Part shown: piece after piece, positions 10,011 to 25,100 of the stretch
How the letters are laid out: each line of letters opens with the position of its first letter
Numbering within the stretch: position 1 is the stretch's first letter
NCBI GenBank assembly: GCA_051294375.1
Contig: CM119264.1
Span: 13,598,813 to 13,662,812, forward strand
Direction: 5' to 3'
Source: Paraspadella gotoi
Taxonomy: Eukaryota; Animalia; Chaetognatha
Length of the DNA: 64,000 bases
Position numbers and translations under genes: made by a program
The notes under the pieces: generated by a model
What the model was told of the DNA's origin: nothing
The model's database searches: none
The model's input: only the letters and a program-made list of their open reading frames with translations

Positions 10011-13000
10011 GTAATTTGGATTAAATTGGATCATTCACTGTTTAGCGGTGCTACTAAAGTTTTTTATAATTAATTTCCTTGTCAGGTGCCCCACCCTCCA
10101 AGGGTTGCGAGGTGTTTGTGGGAAAAATTCCACGCGATCTCTATGAGGATGAATTAGTTCCAGTGTTCGAGAGGATTGGTCAGATATACGAGCTGCGACT
10201 CATGATGGACTTCTCGGGTTCGAATCGCGGTTACGCTTTCGTCATGTACACTTCCTCGGCCGATGCTCGCCGAGCCGTCAAGGTACTTAAGTATTAAGAA
10301 GTTGGATCTCGTGTCGTGATAATCCCATTTTTTGACGAAAACAGGTTAACGCAAGATTCCATTTAATTTAGTAGATAAACGCGACGACCAATTGGAATTT
10401 CATCCCCATTTTCCCCTCCCATTCATTTTAGGAATTGAACAATTACGAAATTCGTAAGGGGCGGCTGATCGGTGTTTGCCCCTCGGTGGACAATTGCCGC
10501 CTGTTCGTTGGGGGAATCCCAAAGACCAAGTACAAGGAGGAAATCATCGAAGAAATGAGAAAAGTCACTGACGGCGTTGTGGACGTTATTGTTTATCCCA
10601 GCGCTACAGGTGAAAATGAATGAATGAATGTAGGTCGACGAGCGATAGGGGGTTTTTGGGTAAGGAGTGGTTATGGTTTAGAGTTAAGATTTAGGCAATT
10701 ATTTATAATGTTACTCATTATAAGCAAACATCCAAGGCGGTGAATGTATAATTTTAGCTTAATTTATTTTTTTCCTTTTCAGATAAGTCCAAAAATCGCG
10801 GGTTTGCCTTCGTCGAGTATGAGAATCACCGGGCGGCTGCGATGGCGCGCCGGAAGCTCAACTTAGGACGTATCCAGTTGTGGGGTCATCAGATTGCCGT
10901 CGACTGGGCCGAACCGGAGCAAGATGTGGATGAAGAAATAATGGTTACTGTAAGTTAAAAATTAGGTTCGGATAATTTAGACCCGCTGGTGACTTTAGCA
11001 GTTTTGCCAATGTTGCCCGTTTCATTGAAAACCAAAGCGACATTTCATTTACTCAGGCAGGTGGATAAACCACTTTCACCTTAGCTGTTTTATTAACTAA
11101 ACCAACAAAGTGTGCGATTGTCGGTGAGACGAGCTTCCTTAGACAACCATTGAACTGTATTGGAAACGTTAAACCAAGCTGTTCCTTCGTCCCTCCCTTT
11201 CCTCTTCTATCCCTTTTCCCTCTCCCGCCTTTTATAATTTTGTAGCGGCCGAGATTCGGCCATCAGTTGTGCAAACAGGTTTCGGCGTGGACGCTCGCAA
11301 ACAAAAAAGATGCAGCAGCAGCAGCATTTTTTTAACAAAATTTCAAATTAAAAACTTCAACTTGTTCTCTTTTGCAAAACTGTGTCAACACTTCCCCACC
11401 CTAAGGAAAATTTTCGATGAGCGTCTCCACTCTATTGTTAACCGAATATTTACGCGTTTTTCTTTGAGGTTATTTACACAGCCAGCTAAAGGAGTGAGAG
11501 TGAGTGAACAAAATAAAAAAGGCGACGAACTTTTCAATGTTTTATTTTAATTCAGGGAATTTTTCTTTCTCACTCTCGAAATAAAAAACATAAAAAGGTC
11601 CTGAAAATGAAATTGTTTTGAGATTTGGCTGATTTCTGATTCTGTGATTCTCTGGGCCAAAGTACAACAATCGTTTTCCTTGACAGGTTAAAGTACTTTA
11701 CGTTCGTAACTTGATGCTGTCTACCACTGAGGAGGCCATAGAAAAATACTTCAACGACTTCATCCCCAACTCGGTGGAGCGAGTCAAGAAGATTCGCGAT
11801 TACGCCTTTGTACATTTCAACACTCGTGAAAACGCCGTGTCGGCCATGGAGATGTCCAACGGTTTGTCCAATGTCCATTTTCCTTTTAAGAGAATAGGGA
11901 TGTAATTTTAACGATTTTACCAATGATTTCGACCAGCGACCAGCGACCAGCGGTATAACAGATAGCAGACTATAGTTTAATTACTAGCTGGGTTTAATTT
12001 TTTATCCATTTTTTAATTTTTTAAAAATATTTCTTCTTATTTATAAAACGTTATTTCCACTTTTCAGGCCAACTCTTAGACGGGAGCAGAGTCGAAGTCG
12101 TTTTTGCCAAACCGCCCGACAAAATCACCCGTCAGCAGAGCAAAAGCGTTAGCTCTCTATTATCGGTAAAACTAAAAGGATTTTTTTGCTTTTGTGTGAA
12201 AATTTCGAGGATCGCTACAATCAATACTAACCATTCATATTTTATCTTACGTAATGTTTTTTTTTACTAATTTAGAATTTTCGCATTTGTTCAGCCGGAA
12301 TCTGTAACCTCTGCGAGTTTGCCTTCTTACTATTTTGACTTGACCAGTCCCTATGCTGGCATGCCCCTTGCTCCGGGCCTGACCACATCCGCAGGTTAAA
12401 ACTAAATTCGGGAAATATAACTCTGTTTTCATGAAACGATAATTGTGTCGTTGATCTCGGAAAACCTTTATCATTATATACAGAAGGCTTCATATTATAA
12501 AATGTGGTACCCCTTTTTTGTGACCAGAATCTGTTCCCACCAAACTACCCAATCGAATTTAATGAAATTTTACATTTAGAGTGCTAATGACTATATAAAT
12601 GGAACTATCGAGGCGAATTTTGATATTCAACCCCTGACAAGAGATACAGGGCCCTGGGGGTGAAAAATGCTAAAATTTTATTTTTTTCACATCTTTATTC
12701 GGTTGTCTTATACACTTACAAATAATTTTTGGTATATATTTTGAATCTCATAATAATAATAATTCTAATCATTAGCGATAACAATATTGACTATAATTCA
12801 AAGTTATATCTTTAAACAATGACCGAAGTAGAAAATAAACCGATTTAACCCATTTGAGTCTCCTGCAGGTGCCTTTGGAACGAATCAGGCGGCTGCCTTG
12901 TCTGCGCTGCAGATATCCACCCCTGCCGCTGCGGCTGCTGCCGGGGCGCCCGCTGTTCTGGCTCCCGGAGTCACGTCCTTGGCCGGTCTAAGCAGGTGAG

Positions 13001-16000
13001 TGTGCCAAGGCTCAGTAAGATACGCACAGTGGGGTGATTACTAACGGTGTAATTTTGTCCTTGTAAGTTTTGTATAGTACGGGGGTTGACTACGTCGCGT
13101 TTTCCATTTTAAGAGAATTTCTAACCCCATCGTCTTTTTGCATTCAGTATTTTCGCATGAGACACGCCCCTTCTAGCATGGGTTGGTTTCATAATTACGA
13201 GCCTCAGGTTAAGAAATTAACGCCAAGATGGCTAATGTCGCTACGTAAAACATTTTGATTGAAAAAAAGTTAAATCTTTTGAACGTTATATTTAGTGATT
13301 TTGTCTTTTCCAAATATCTAATTGCTTAACAACAAAATATGATATTGTAGAGGAAGAATCAATGAATCTCTTAGTATTGTAATCATTTTTAAATTTTTCG
13401 TTTTTTAATTTTTAACGGACATAATGCGTTTTTGCCGCGTAGACGAGACGAGATTTTTTACTTAATTACTTATCTAATCTGGGATTAGACAATCTGCCCT
13501 TGATTTTTAGAGAATAAATACGTAATCTTAGACGAGAAAACTTTTTCTATTATTAAGAAATAATTGAAACCGCGTGATAAAATATTAAATTTACTCGATT
13601 TGTCTAGCCGTGTTTAAATTATTATTAAATTGCAAATGTACCGGATAAGTTTTGATTTTTTGGCAATTAAATTGTAATAAAAGGCCTTTTTTTTTCTTTT
13701 TCATGTATGTCCACCAAGCATAACTTTTTTGTCGCCGCTCCCCCTTCCCCCGTCTCTCCCGCTTTTTTTCCTTTCGCCCCACAACACTCAAAACGTCCTG
13801 ATCGAAACGCTCCCTTAGTACGGACCTGCTGAATCGCGTTGTGGGACGGAGTCAAATTGGTGCCATCCGTGGGCGTGGACGCGGTGCCGCGGGGATGCGG
13901 GGCGCCGGTGCCACTCGCGCTGCATACATGCAACAGCCACTAATCCCAGGGAGAAGACGGACTCCATCCGAAGTAAGACTTCTTTTTATCATTACGTCTG
14001 ATTACGCAGAGTTCCTCTTGGTTTTTTTTTTTTTAATTCGATCGTTTAAAGACTTCTAATGAGTTCGTGATACAATTTAACTATGATCAGTGACATATTA
14101 AAAAAAATGCTCTTTTACCTTTTATCTTTTCGTCCACATTTTCATCACTCTCTCTCTCTCTCTCTCTCTTAGACCCGTTTGTTTGAATTGCTGCCGGGTG
14201 TGGAGATTCTCTCACCCGCTGGTTATATTCCCAGACCTTTAAAAACACCCGCTCAGGTATAATAGCAACGGTCTTACTGGTTCTCATGTGAGCCCAGATA
14301 TTGTTAAACCTCAATTGTCGCGGACCTCAGGGTTTCCTTATATTTCCCGTCCCGATGTGGCGGTTCTATATTTTCCCAACCGCTTACTTGTCACTGTTGA
14401 CCCCACCTCATCCAATGCGGGCGTGTATATATATCCTTTTGCACCAAAAATGGTAATGAGTTATAGCATAGTTTTTGAACGAGTTATAGGTTTGATTTCA
14501 ACTGATTTCGATAATTTTTTGAACCGTCAATTATTCGTGATCATATGGTATTTTAATTCTGGGTTTGCCAAGTAAAAATCTTATTTTGGTAAAAATAGTG
14601 TTGGACTCAAATTCTTGAATCACTGAAACGGTCGACATCTTTTACAGGGACTTCCATCTTGAGTGATAGTGAAGATTGTAATATAATCGAAACGAAGAGC
14701 AATCAGGTTATATAATTTTTTATACTAATAAAAAGACTTTTTTTCTACCAATTCATAACATTTTAGCTAGGATAGTTGCTAAGTTATAAAAAAAATTTTC
14801 AGAAGATAATCTTACTATCAATCCTTCAGTTCCCATTAAAGCAATTGAATTTTTTTTCATGCTTCATTTTTATGATTAATAAGATACTTTAGTAAATGTA
14901 TCACAAACCAGAATATAAAAAAAACTTTTATAAAATGAATAATACTTGATAATAATCATTAAATTTTACTTTTAAAATCTATTAAAAATAAAAATTTCAG
15001 CTAGGGGGGGAAAAAATTATGAAAGACTGTTGATAAATAATAGTTACCATAGTAAATAAGTTTGGTTTTAAATGAGAATTTTTTTTTTTATAATAAATCT
15101 TATTTTTGACTTTTTATTACCAAAAAATTTTATTCTTATGTCAGATAACATTACAATCAGCGTTAAAAATTTTTAAATTGTTAAAAATTTAAAATTTGGA
15201 CGAAAAAAATGAAAAGTGACCCCGTGCTTGAGAGCCACTGTGATTATACTATTAGGAATTTGAACATATTTTTAGGTCAACAAACATCAAGTAGTTTCAA
15301 AACTAATAAGTGTTATAAAGTTAATATACAATTAAATAATTACGAGATTAATCAAGTCTTTTTGTATCGGTCCAGATTGAAGTCTCTGTATTGTTTGATA
15401 AAACGTTTTCTAATATGCGAATGAAATTCTATTCGTTACTAAAATTGTGTTACCGGAATTGTTTTATCTTGGTCATTTAATTTTGAAGATCTGTTTTTAT
15501 CGTCGCTAGCGATTTTGTGACGATGGTCCCCATAAAAGTTGTCTTCGTCGACGTCGTCGGCGTTCTAAATTATAGATCGCATTTGTAAATGTATGAAGCT
15601 GAAAATTTAGATATATATTCTGATCATCAAGGTCCATTAAAACTGATGAGGTAATACAGGAAATGTAATTTGTTTACATTTTATATAAACGTAACAAATT
15701 TCTTCTATTTATATTTCTCTTTCTCTCTTATCTATAATCCACTTTGTCGGTCCCCCCATAAATCTTGTCGGGCACTCATTTAAATGTCAACATTAGTTAT
15801 GATAAATTGTGCAAAAGATGTCCGTCCGTCCGTCGGTCCGTCCCACCTTTTCATTAAACTCCAATTACTCGTGATTGGATGGATGATGGATTGGAATCAA
15901 ATTTTGGGTGTCGGACCGTCGGTAGGAAAGTGTGTGATTGAGCTGGAATAGTTTCGATTGAATCGTGCGAGTGGAAATGAGTTTAAATGGAAAAAACAAA

Positions 16001-16172
16001 AGTCATATTTACTTAAAGTATTTTTACTCATAATTATTATATTAATTAATTTAGGAGAAAAACAATTTGTTTTTATCAACGAATTGTTTTATTATTAATA
16101 CATGTTTCGACTCTTGAGTTTTAGAGTCTTCATCAGTTATGACAATCAATATTTTACTCTTTAACATTAGGT

Positions 16173-16210
<38 letters not shown>

Positions 16211-19106
16211 AGAGAGAAAAAGAGGAGTTTCCAACAAAGAATAGAGCAAAGGACAGTGGTCAGATATGAGAGCAGTTGAAGGTAAGATCAGGTGAAGAAG
16301 TAAGTTGGGTGAAATTTGAAATGAGAGAGAGAGAGAGACAGGGTAGAGAAATCTTGAGCTCTTTCTCTTAACTTAATTTCACTAACTCTTTACTTACCTA
16401 TCCCTCATAACTTATTCTTCTATTTCAATTTCAACTTCTTAAACTCATTAATTTATTTTTTCAATGTTACTATTAATTTAACTCTTAAGTTTGTTATTTT
16501 ATCTCTCTATCATTGTTATACATTACAAAAAATGTAAAGATTTTCTCTTACCCTTTCTCTCTCTCTCTCTCTCTCATTTCAAATTTCACCCAACTTACTT
16601 CTTCACCTGATCTTACCTTCACCTGTCCTCATATCTGACCACTGTCCTTTGCTCAATTCTTTGTTGGAAACTCCCTCTTTTTCTGTCTCTTCTCTCTCTC
16701 TCTCTCTAACCTAATGTTAAAGAGTAAAATTATTGATTGTCATAAACTGATGAAGACTCTAAAACTCAAGAGTTGAAACATGTATTAATAATAAAACAAT
16801 TCGTTGATAAAAACAAATAAATTGTTTTTCTCCTAAATTTCAAAACGCAACGAAATCGATAGTTTATAACTTTATACACAATATATTAATTAAAAACTGG
16901 ATTGATAAATGAAAATAAATATTGTGGGTAGGAAAGTATGTGGTTAAGCTGGATATAATTTTTTTATGGAATCGTACGGGTGGAAAATAGTTTAAATTAG
17001 AAAACCAAAAGACACATTTATTTGAATTTTAAAGTTTACTTTTCTCTATCTCTCTTTGTTTGATTGGTTGACCAAATTATGCAAGTTGATCAAATTATGC
17101 AAGTTGGTATTGGCGCAGCTACTGATAGATAGATAAATTTATTCATAGATTCTTTCATAAAGTCTGTTACGATTTGTTATGATCTGTTAAGATCACCAAT
17201 TGAAAGTCAGAAAATATTACTGTGATTTATCATCGGATTAGCTTATTACCGCTTAATTATCGTAGGCAGATCCGACATTGTTTACTCAAACTTGTTTAAT
17301 TATATGTAGCTCTCTCTCTCTCTTAGTTCTCAGTCGCTGCCTCTTCTGATTTGTCCAAAAACGAGTTGAGCTCTGCAGCGTCTGAAAGTTGCGCGTCTTT
17401 CTCTTTGTTTTATCTCTCACACATTTATTCATTCAATTTCTTCAATTAAATTTGTTCAATTAAATTAATTCAGTTCTTACTTTTTAATTTATTCACTCAA
17501 TGCACTTTATTTATTTCAGTTTAAATTAAATCAGATTAAATCATTCATTCAATTTATTTTATTTCAATTTATATATTTATTTCTTTATTTATTTTTTATA
17601 TATTAAGCCAAGTATGTTATGCATAAAACTTAGTTTTCCTGTTTCAAATATTATTTTTTGTTTGAGTATTAAAGTTTGTCATGGGTCCACATTTTTTTAG
17701 ACGATTGCGACCATATTTAATTATTTTTAATATTTAATTATTTTATTATTTATACTCTAGGATTTTTTGGGAGAACTTTAAGAGTACGTTGGAAGTGCGG
17801 ATTAACCTAAACGAAATTGGATAATTTAACTGTCTGATGACATTAAAGATATGTTATATATATATATATATCTATTAGGCCGGAACAGGATGAAAACTAG
17901 AAGTTCTCTCAAAAGATAATGGTAAAGTGACTGATAGAGAATATGAAAATATTTTTATTATATTATCTTATAGATAAACACATAGAAGCATTTAAAAATT
18001 ATTTTATTAATATATAAAATATAAAAAAAATTTTTAATAGATTTTCATAGCTTTAAAAGTTATATAAATGTTCCTATTACAATTTTTTAAATTTTTTTGT
18101 TTTATTGATGACAAATTTTTAAAAAATATAAAATTCAACCTATGATGATGGTATTTTCTGTTTTAACCAATTTATTGTCCAAATTTTAAAAAATTATAGT
18201 ACTTAATTTATTCAACTTTTTAACGTTTAAAATCTGTTCTTAAAAAATAAAATTTAAAAAAAATATTTTTTATATATTAATAAATATTTAAAAGCTTCAG
18301 TGTAACAACGCAATGAACTAATTCAAAAACTTGCATTGAAAATCGATTTAGTAGTAAAAGGAAATAAAAGATTTTTTTTAGAGAATTAGATGTTATAAAA
18401 AGTGTTCAATTTTGGCCCGCTTTAATACTTATATATAATATACATATATTGAAACAATTTATAATTTTGTAATTAGTTAATGAAACAAAAAAGTTATACT
18501 TCGAGTATTAGTTCAATTTTGTTTAGAAATCAAACTATAGTGATTTGTATTGGTTCAAAACAATATGCAATTGAGCATCAAACTCCGTCATATGATCTCT
18601 AAAGCCACTTGCGTGTACTTGGCGACGCAGTGATTCAAAATGTATAGCTGGTGTCATCAATGTGGTGGTGGCGCATGCGTCTGCAACGATAAAAAGTTTT
18701 GTTTCACAATTTTGGTCGAAATGTTTTTTACGCTACCAATCTTCAACCTTTTTCTTTCCCCATTCTTTCTAATTCACCCGTCTGTCCCTCTTTCACAACA
18801 CCACCAACTTCGAACACTATATTCGACGTTTACCATGCGTTCGATTCCCCTTTCCCCTTCTGTCTTCGTCTCCTTTCTTTCGCCCCTCACCTCCCGGTAG
18901 CAACTAGAGGAGCTATGCCAAATGAATAAATGGGGACAGCCGGGATTTCAGCTCCATTCGAGCAAAGATCGGCATGACGAAGATTTGTTTCTGTACAAGG
19001 TAGGAGGATAGCATCTTCCTTATCCTTAGCGACCGATACTGACTTTTTGCGGTGTTAAAATATTATACTAGTACACTCAAACAGAAAAACCTCTTACCCG
19101 ACATTT

Positions 19107-19158
<52 letters not shown>

Positions 19159-22100
19159 GAAAAAAGCCCTTATCGCTGGATTTGTTTGAACACTTCCTAT
19201 CTCGTCAAGTTTTAGCGATTCTGGCGTCGAAGCTTTGGGTCGCATAATTTAGCGACAATTTTCTTGAAAAGCTTTCTATTTCTGTTACGCGAATTTGCTC
19301 GGTGGTCAGAAATATTCCGCTTTAACCTTGCGTTTATTTTATGCTCGGCTTCCCTTATCGATAAATTTCGTGGTTGGGGTATGTCATAGAAACCACAGAG
19401 CGCAAAGTTCACATTTTTAGAAGGATATGCAAACTAAATGTTCGATATGACGTGATAAATGAGACTGACTTTAAAACTCGGAGAAGGGTGTATTCATGTG
19501 TCTGATTTTAAATTATTGCCTTTAGAAACAATCTCTGACAGGAAAACGTTCGTTTGTTGATATTTTTTTATATTGTTCTTTAATATTTTATGTAAGTTTT
19601 TGGTTACGACGTTCTTGTATTTTTTGTTCCGTTTCTAAAAAGAAAAAGGAAGACTTTCTCAGTAAGGAAGTCTTAAACTACCTTTTCCGCCCAAATAGTA
19701 AAACTGAAATCAATTATAGCTTACGGATATTTTTATTAGGAGTGTCTGTTTTTATGCTCGCTCATTTTGCTATTGACAAGTCGCGCGACACGATTTCAGT
19801 TTTTAATCTTTATTTTGGCGTTCGGTAGGATAAATTTTTAACAAATTTTTGTTTTTAATTAATGACAAATTATCCCCTTTTTTCAATTCCCATTTTACGT
19901 CCCTTTTCCTTGGCACTTTATTTCCACTTGGTTAATTTCTTTTCTTCCTATATTTTTTTCTGCTTTCCCAAACGTTCAATTTAAATTTGTACTTTCCCTT
20001 CCATTCTCCCCGTAATATCTGAATTTTCTTTGTTTTCCCTTCTCATCGAGCTTTCTTCCCATTTCTTTTCCAACTTTTTTTGCCTCCTATCGTCTTTGTT
20101 TTTTCGATCTTTCCTTTAACTCCTAACCAAAGGTAACCATTCCGGCCCTTACCGGTCACTATCCCCAGCCCTTCGCCCCCGATCAACTGCTCAAGTCCCC
20201 CGAAGAAGCCAAGCAGTACGCTGCCGAGTACGTTCTCGGCCGATTGCAGTATCCCGTCCAAGGAGCCGACGCTGGTAAGTGATTAAATGTTTGAATTTTG
20301 CAGAGTACAAAGATTAGCTATTAGTTAATATAAGTTAGTGTTCATGGGAATCAGAAATATCGAGAAATCGGCATTCCTGGAGATCAATACGCTCTGGAGG
20401 CATAAGTAAAAGAAAGCACAAGGTTAAAGAATAAAGAATTAAAGGAAAAAGAAGAGGAACGAAACGGAATTGAAGAGGAAAATTTTTGAGAAAAAAATAA
20501 AGGAATTCAGATATTATAATTTTTTAATATTAATTATTTTTGTTATATATTTGGGTAAAAATTAAGGTTAAGTTAAATTATGGTTAAGATTAAGTTAATT
20601 AAAAAAATAAGTTAAGGTTTAAAATAAGTTAGGGGTAAGTTATGGTTAGTGGTAAGTTAGGGTTAGATTTAAAATTAAGTTTCAGCTTAAGTATACAATA
20701 ATTTAAAATTTTAAAAAATAATATTTTAATATTAATAATTTTTAAAAAAAATATAATAATAATATTTAAAAGGTAACAGAGTTTTTATTTATGATTACAA
20801 CGATCATTTAATAATTCGGAGAGAGAGAGAGAAATATATCAAGGTTAAAATTGCCTCTCTCTCTCAAAGTTAGTATTCAAATATTTTTTAAAACTATCAT
20901 AACTGGCTAAAGAAGGTTTAAAAAACAATAACCAAAACATGTCCGAATTATTAAATGATCATAGTAATCACAAATAAAAACTATTGCTTTGTAAATATCT
21001 ATCAAAAGCAATGAAAAAAAGAAATATTATGAATATTAATATTGAAAAAAAAATTTAAAGAATTAAAAAGAAATCCTTTTCTCGCGAAACTTATCAACGT
21101 TTTTAGTATCATTGTGGTTATGGTCTTTCTTCTCCGTAAAGAAACGAATTTTATTTTTTCATCTTTTCTCTTCGTTTTCCCATAAGCCTCCAGAGCGTAT
21201 TCAACTCCGGAATCGCCGCAAAAATTTTAAACGTTCTTATACGTAGTTATCATGGTAACCTATTCTATTTTTTATTCACGCTTTCTTGGGATGGCCTGTC
21301 TGTCATCCCTCACTTTCTCGCTGTCTCATTCGTTCTCATCCTTGTATTGTCTTGCGTGTCGCATTATCCTCACCCGCGACACATCTTCATTCCTTTCCCT
21401 TTTCGCTAACCCTTTTTTAGCCGGTGGTGACTCTTTTGCCATCAGCACCGTTGCGCCTCACTTCGGGGCGCAGTCGGCCGTTGATCAGAGACCTATCTCA
21501 AATCGGAGCGTCAACATTTCCCCCATCGGAACCGGTATATTTCGTATTGTACTTTAGTTTTTCCTGTTCTCTTTTCGTTCGTTTATCGTTGGCATTGAAA
21601 AAATATTAGTCTCGGTTTTCTTAAAAGGGGTTTTTAAAAAAGATTGTGATCAGTCTTCACCCCCAGCGGATAAGAATTTTCAGACGAAAATTAACATTGA
21701 ATATTACAGTGTATTCAAATGCTACTGTCTGATAACTTTTACATATTGTGCGAAACTGTGTAGTTAAATCTTATTTCTTAGATAATGATGTCAAAGATAA
21801 GTTTTTACCATTTATGATACTATGTTTCGAATTCAATTTTTATAAAAATATCTTTTTCACAAATTTTATTAAAAAAAATACTTGGGAAAATATTTTAAAT
21901 TATTAGAAATTATTCAAATTTTAATTTTGTATAAAATAAGTACATTAATAAAATTTTATTTTTAAAGTTGTGAACGATTAAATCATTAGGACAGAACAAA
22001 ATGGTAGTTATATATATATAAATATAATTTAATATTTTTTTTTTAAAAATCACTAATAACTAAGAGTTTGCTTGGTTTCATTTTTAAAATTTAATATCTT

Positions 22101-25100
22101 ATAAAATGGTCCATACTTGGGCTAGAGCCAAACTTCGTCAATGGGGTGGGTCAGAAGTTTGATTTGGGAACCTTTCCAAATAATATGTGTTTTATTCGTT
22201 TACAACAATTAGTTGAAACAGTACATTCAAAAGGGCATACAGCATTACAGATAAACGCATAAATTGTACAGTTTACAATTCAAAATATAAATATTTAAAT
22301 TAACAGAACGAAAAAAGAAAAAAAAAATCAACAATAAGCTGACAAGATTTTTAGAATATTGTTTCTAGAGGAAAAAAGCTTGGATTCAAAGTTTTTTGAT
22401 CTACAAGCACAAATTTTATAGATATCATTATATCCAAATGAGGACCTTAATGATCGTACACTCTCCCATCTATTCCAACCAAAAATTTTTCTAATGCCAT
22501 TATTTATTGCTACATTTACTTTGGTCATATCTTTTGCAAGATACTCTTTCACTTCACTTCCGTACGTAAGTATTGTGACACAATTGGTGTAGTACAAACG
22601 CATTAAAACTTCTTCTGAGGGTTTATATAAGGAATTAAGGAGACAATTGCTAGAGCGGTAGAAAGAGGATAACTCAGATAATGGGTCAAAGACAAATGCT
22701 TTTTCATTACTAAGATTAAAACCGAGATATTTCCATCGGTCTACGAATTCAATGATATTTCCTTTAATTAGTAAAGAATCTTTGTTGATACAATACTTTT
22801 GTTTGCCAAAATACATTGTTTTTGTTTTCTTAAAATTAAAACTAAAAGCATTGCTACTACTATAGTTAGCACATATATCAATCATTTTTTTCATACCAGA
22901 AATTGTTGGAGATAACAAAGCTATATTGTCAGCGTAAAAAATGCTAGCAGCAAATAAATGATCTATATGGCAACCAAAACCATATTTTCGTAATTGAATT
23001 ATCAAGTCATCAACATAAACTGCCCACAGATAGGGACTTAAAATACCACCCTGACAAACCCCAGAAACAATAGAGAAATAATCTGAAAAGATGTCAGACC
23101 ATCTACACCTACTGCGGAGATTAAGGTACCAGTAAGTAATAAGTCGTAAAAAACATAAGGGAAATTTTCTCTTTATGAGTTTTAGAAATAAACCATAATG
23201 GTTAACCTTGTCAAATCCTTTTGAGCAATCCATGAATGTAGCAAACACCCCAGAACCATTTTGCAAAAAATGATTAACACACGTCTTCATGACAAAAACA
23301 TGACAAATGAAACTTCATACATTTCTGAGAAAACTTTCAATGGACCAAAATTTTCTAAAATGGCAAGAAGCATTAGTAATTAATTTTTTTATATTTATTT
23401 ATAGATAAGAAATGTCAAAAAAAATTTTTTGAATTTTTTATTTTTAAAAGCAGATTCAAATAGCTTATGAAAAGTTAACTACACAAAGTACAATTCTTTT
23501 TTCAATATTTTGATGATAAGTGGGTTTAAATTGAGAAAAACCTTAAAAAATCATCATCATCATCATCATCCGATGATTTTAGCAGTTTTTACTAATTTTT
23601 AGTAATAAAACATCAAGATTTTAAAAAGTTGTAATTATATTTTTTGCTTAACTTTTTAAGCTCTATCAGAATCAATTAAAAAAACGTAAAATATCCCCAA
23701 AAAATTTTTGAAATTAAATAGCAATATAATAATATAAATTAGCGAATTACTCATGGTTCGGAACATTTTTGCAAAAATATATTTTAACACAATAATTAAT
23801 ACCAATAATGGATTAGTTTAATGCTGTTCCCATTAAAATTTGAATTTGGTCGGCTACCGCTACTTGGGCGCTTATTCATGATAATGAATTCAAATTTTTC
23901 AATCTGGTATAGGAGCAATAAGCTTTTATTAACGGACCGCATCATTGGGACACACTGTAGTACTCAATTTTATTGTTCTCTGTTACTATGATTTAGTAAG
24001 TCTGTACGTTAGAGCGTTCAAAGATAACAAAATATAAGCTATTAAATTCCATTCATGATTATTTTACTGTTTAAGGTCAGAAGAATTCGATGGTGATGAC
24101 CATTTTTTTGTGTATAATTTCATCTTTCTTGTCGGAAATATATATATAATTATATATTGATACATCGGTATTATTAAAATTTTATAAAACTTACATGAGC
24201 TTTTGAAATATAAAAATATAGACCTATAAAAATATTTAGGTAAATTTATTTCTAAATTTTATGTTTCATTAAAAGTTATCTATATTTATTATTAATTATG
24301 AGTAAAAATTAAGCTAAAGTTAAAAAATAATAATTTTAAAAAATTGATCCCGGATTCGCATTCCTTGCAAAAAGTAGATGTAAGAAAATATTTTTTATTA
24401 AAATATTGTCGTTAAGGTGGTCAAAATTTAAAAAAAAAAAAATTTTAAGCAAACATAAAATTAAACAACTTTTTGTAAGGAATTCAAATCCGGTTTAAAA
24501 ATTTTAAAATTGTTATTTTTTTTACTTTAGCCTATTTTTTACTACTAATTATTAATAAATATAGCTAACAGGCTGTTAATAAAATATAAAATTTGTAAAT
24601 AAACTTACTAAAATATTTTTATGGGTTTTTATTTTTATATTATATAAGCTAAATATGATTTTTATAAAATTTTAATAATTTGACTTTCTCATACTCTATA
24701 ATGTTTGCGCTATTTTAATAGCACCATATATGCTTCAAAAACCTCTACATAAGATGAAACTATACAAAAGAATGGTTATCATCATCGAATTCTTCAGAGC
24801 TTATTACATTAAAATATTAGGAATTGTTTATTGTTTGCCAATACAACGATTTTTATTGTCATAGTACATGTTTCGACTCTGTTGATTCGAGTCTTCATAA
24901 GCTTCATAAGCTGATGAAGACTCGAATCAACAGAGTCGAATCAACAGAGTCGAAACATGTACTATGACAATAAAAATCGTTGTTTTGGCAAACAATAAAC
25001 AATTCCTAATATTCACTTAGCAACGAAAAGAGAGAAAATAATACAATGTCTACATTAAAATAATAATGAATGGAATTAAATATCTTATATTTTGTTATCT

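Larger units (their letters stand above)
16050..16881 (+). mobile_element. Penelope-like palindromic non-autonomous insertion with two hammerhead motifs
   Basis: Inverted arms ~16050-16345 and ~16550-16840; tail CAACGAAATCGATAG; TSD TATATTAATTAA at 16038-16049 and 16882-16893. Confidence 0.8.
15499..17732 (+). mobile_element. Helentron-type element family B, with nested family A copy (15731-17296) and nested Penelope-like insertion
   Basis: 5' ATCGTCGC..GACGAT hairpin and 3' CGATTGCGACCAT match the copy at 35757-36632; family A ends CAAACTTGTT at 17296. Confidence 0.65.

Noticed and set aside
14288-14575. 95-aa ORF as an extra A1CF exon
   Set aside because: Has a donor-like ATG|gtaatg but no phase-compatible acceptor and no homology
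13025-15242. CACAGTG (13025) and CACTGTG (15236) as RSS-like ends of one element
   Set aside because: Little similarity beyond 8 bp, no nonamer, and the interval contains host exons
15643-15667. CTGATGA..GAAA hammerhead-like string
   Set aside because: No stem II pairing and no family context; it lies in a Helentron-type repeat whose other copy lacks it
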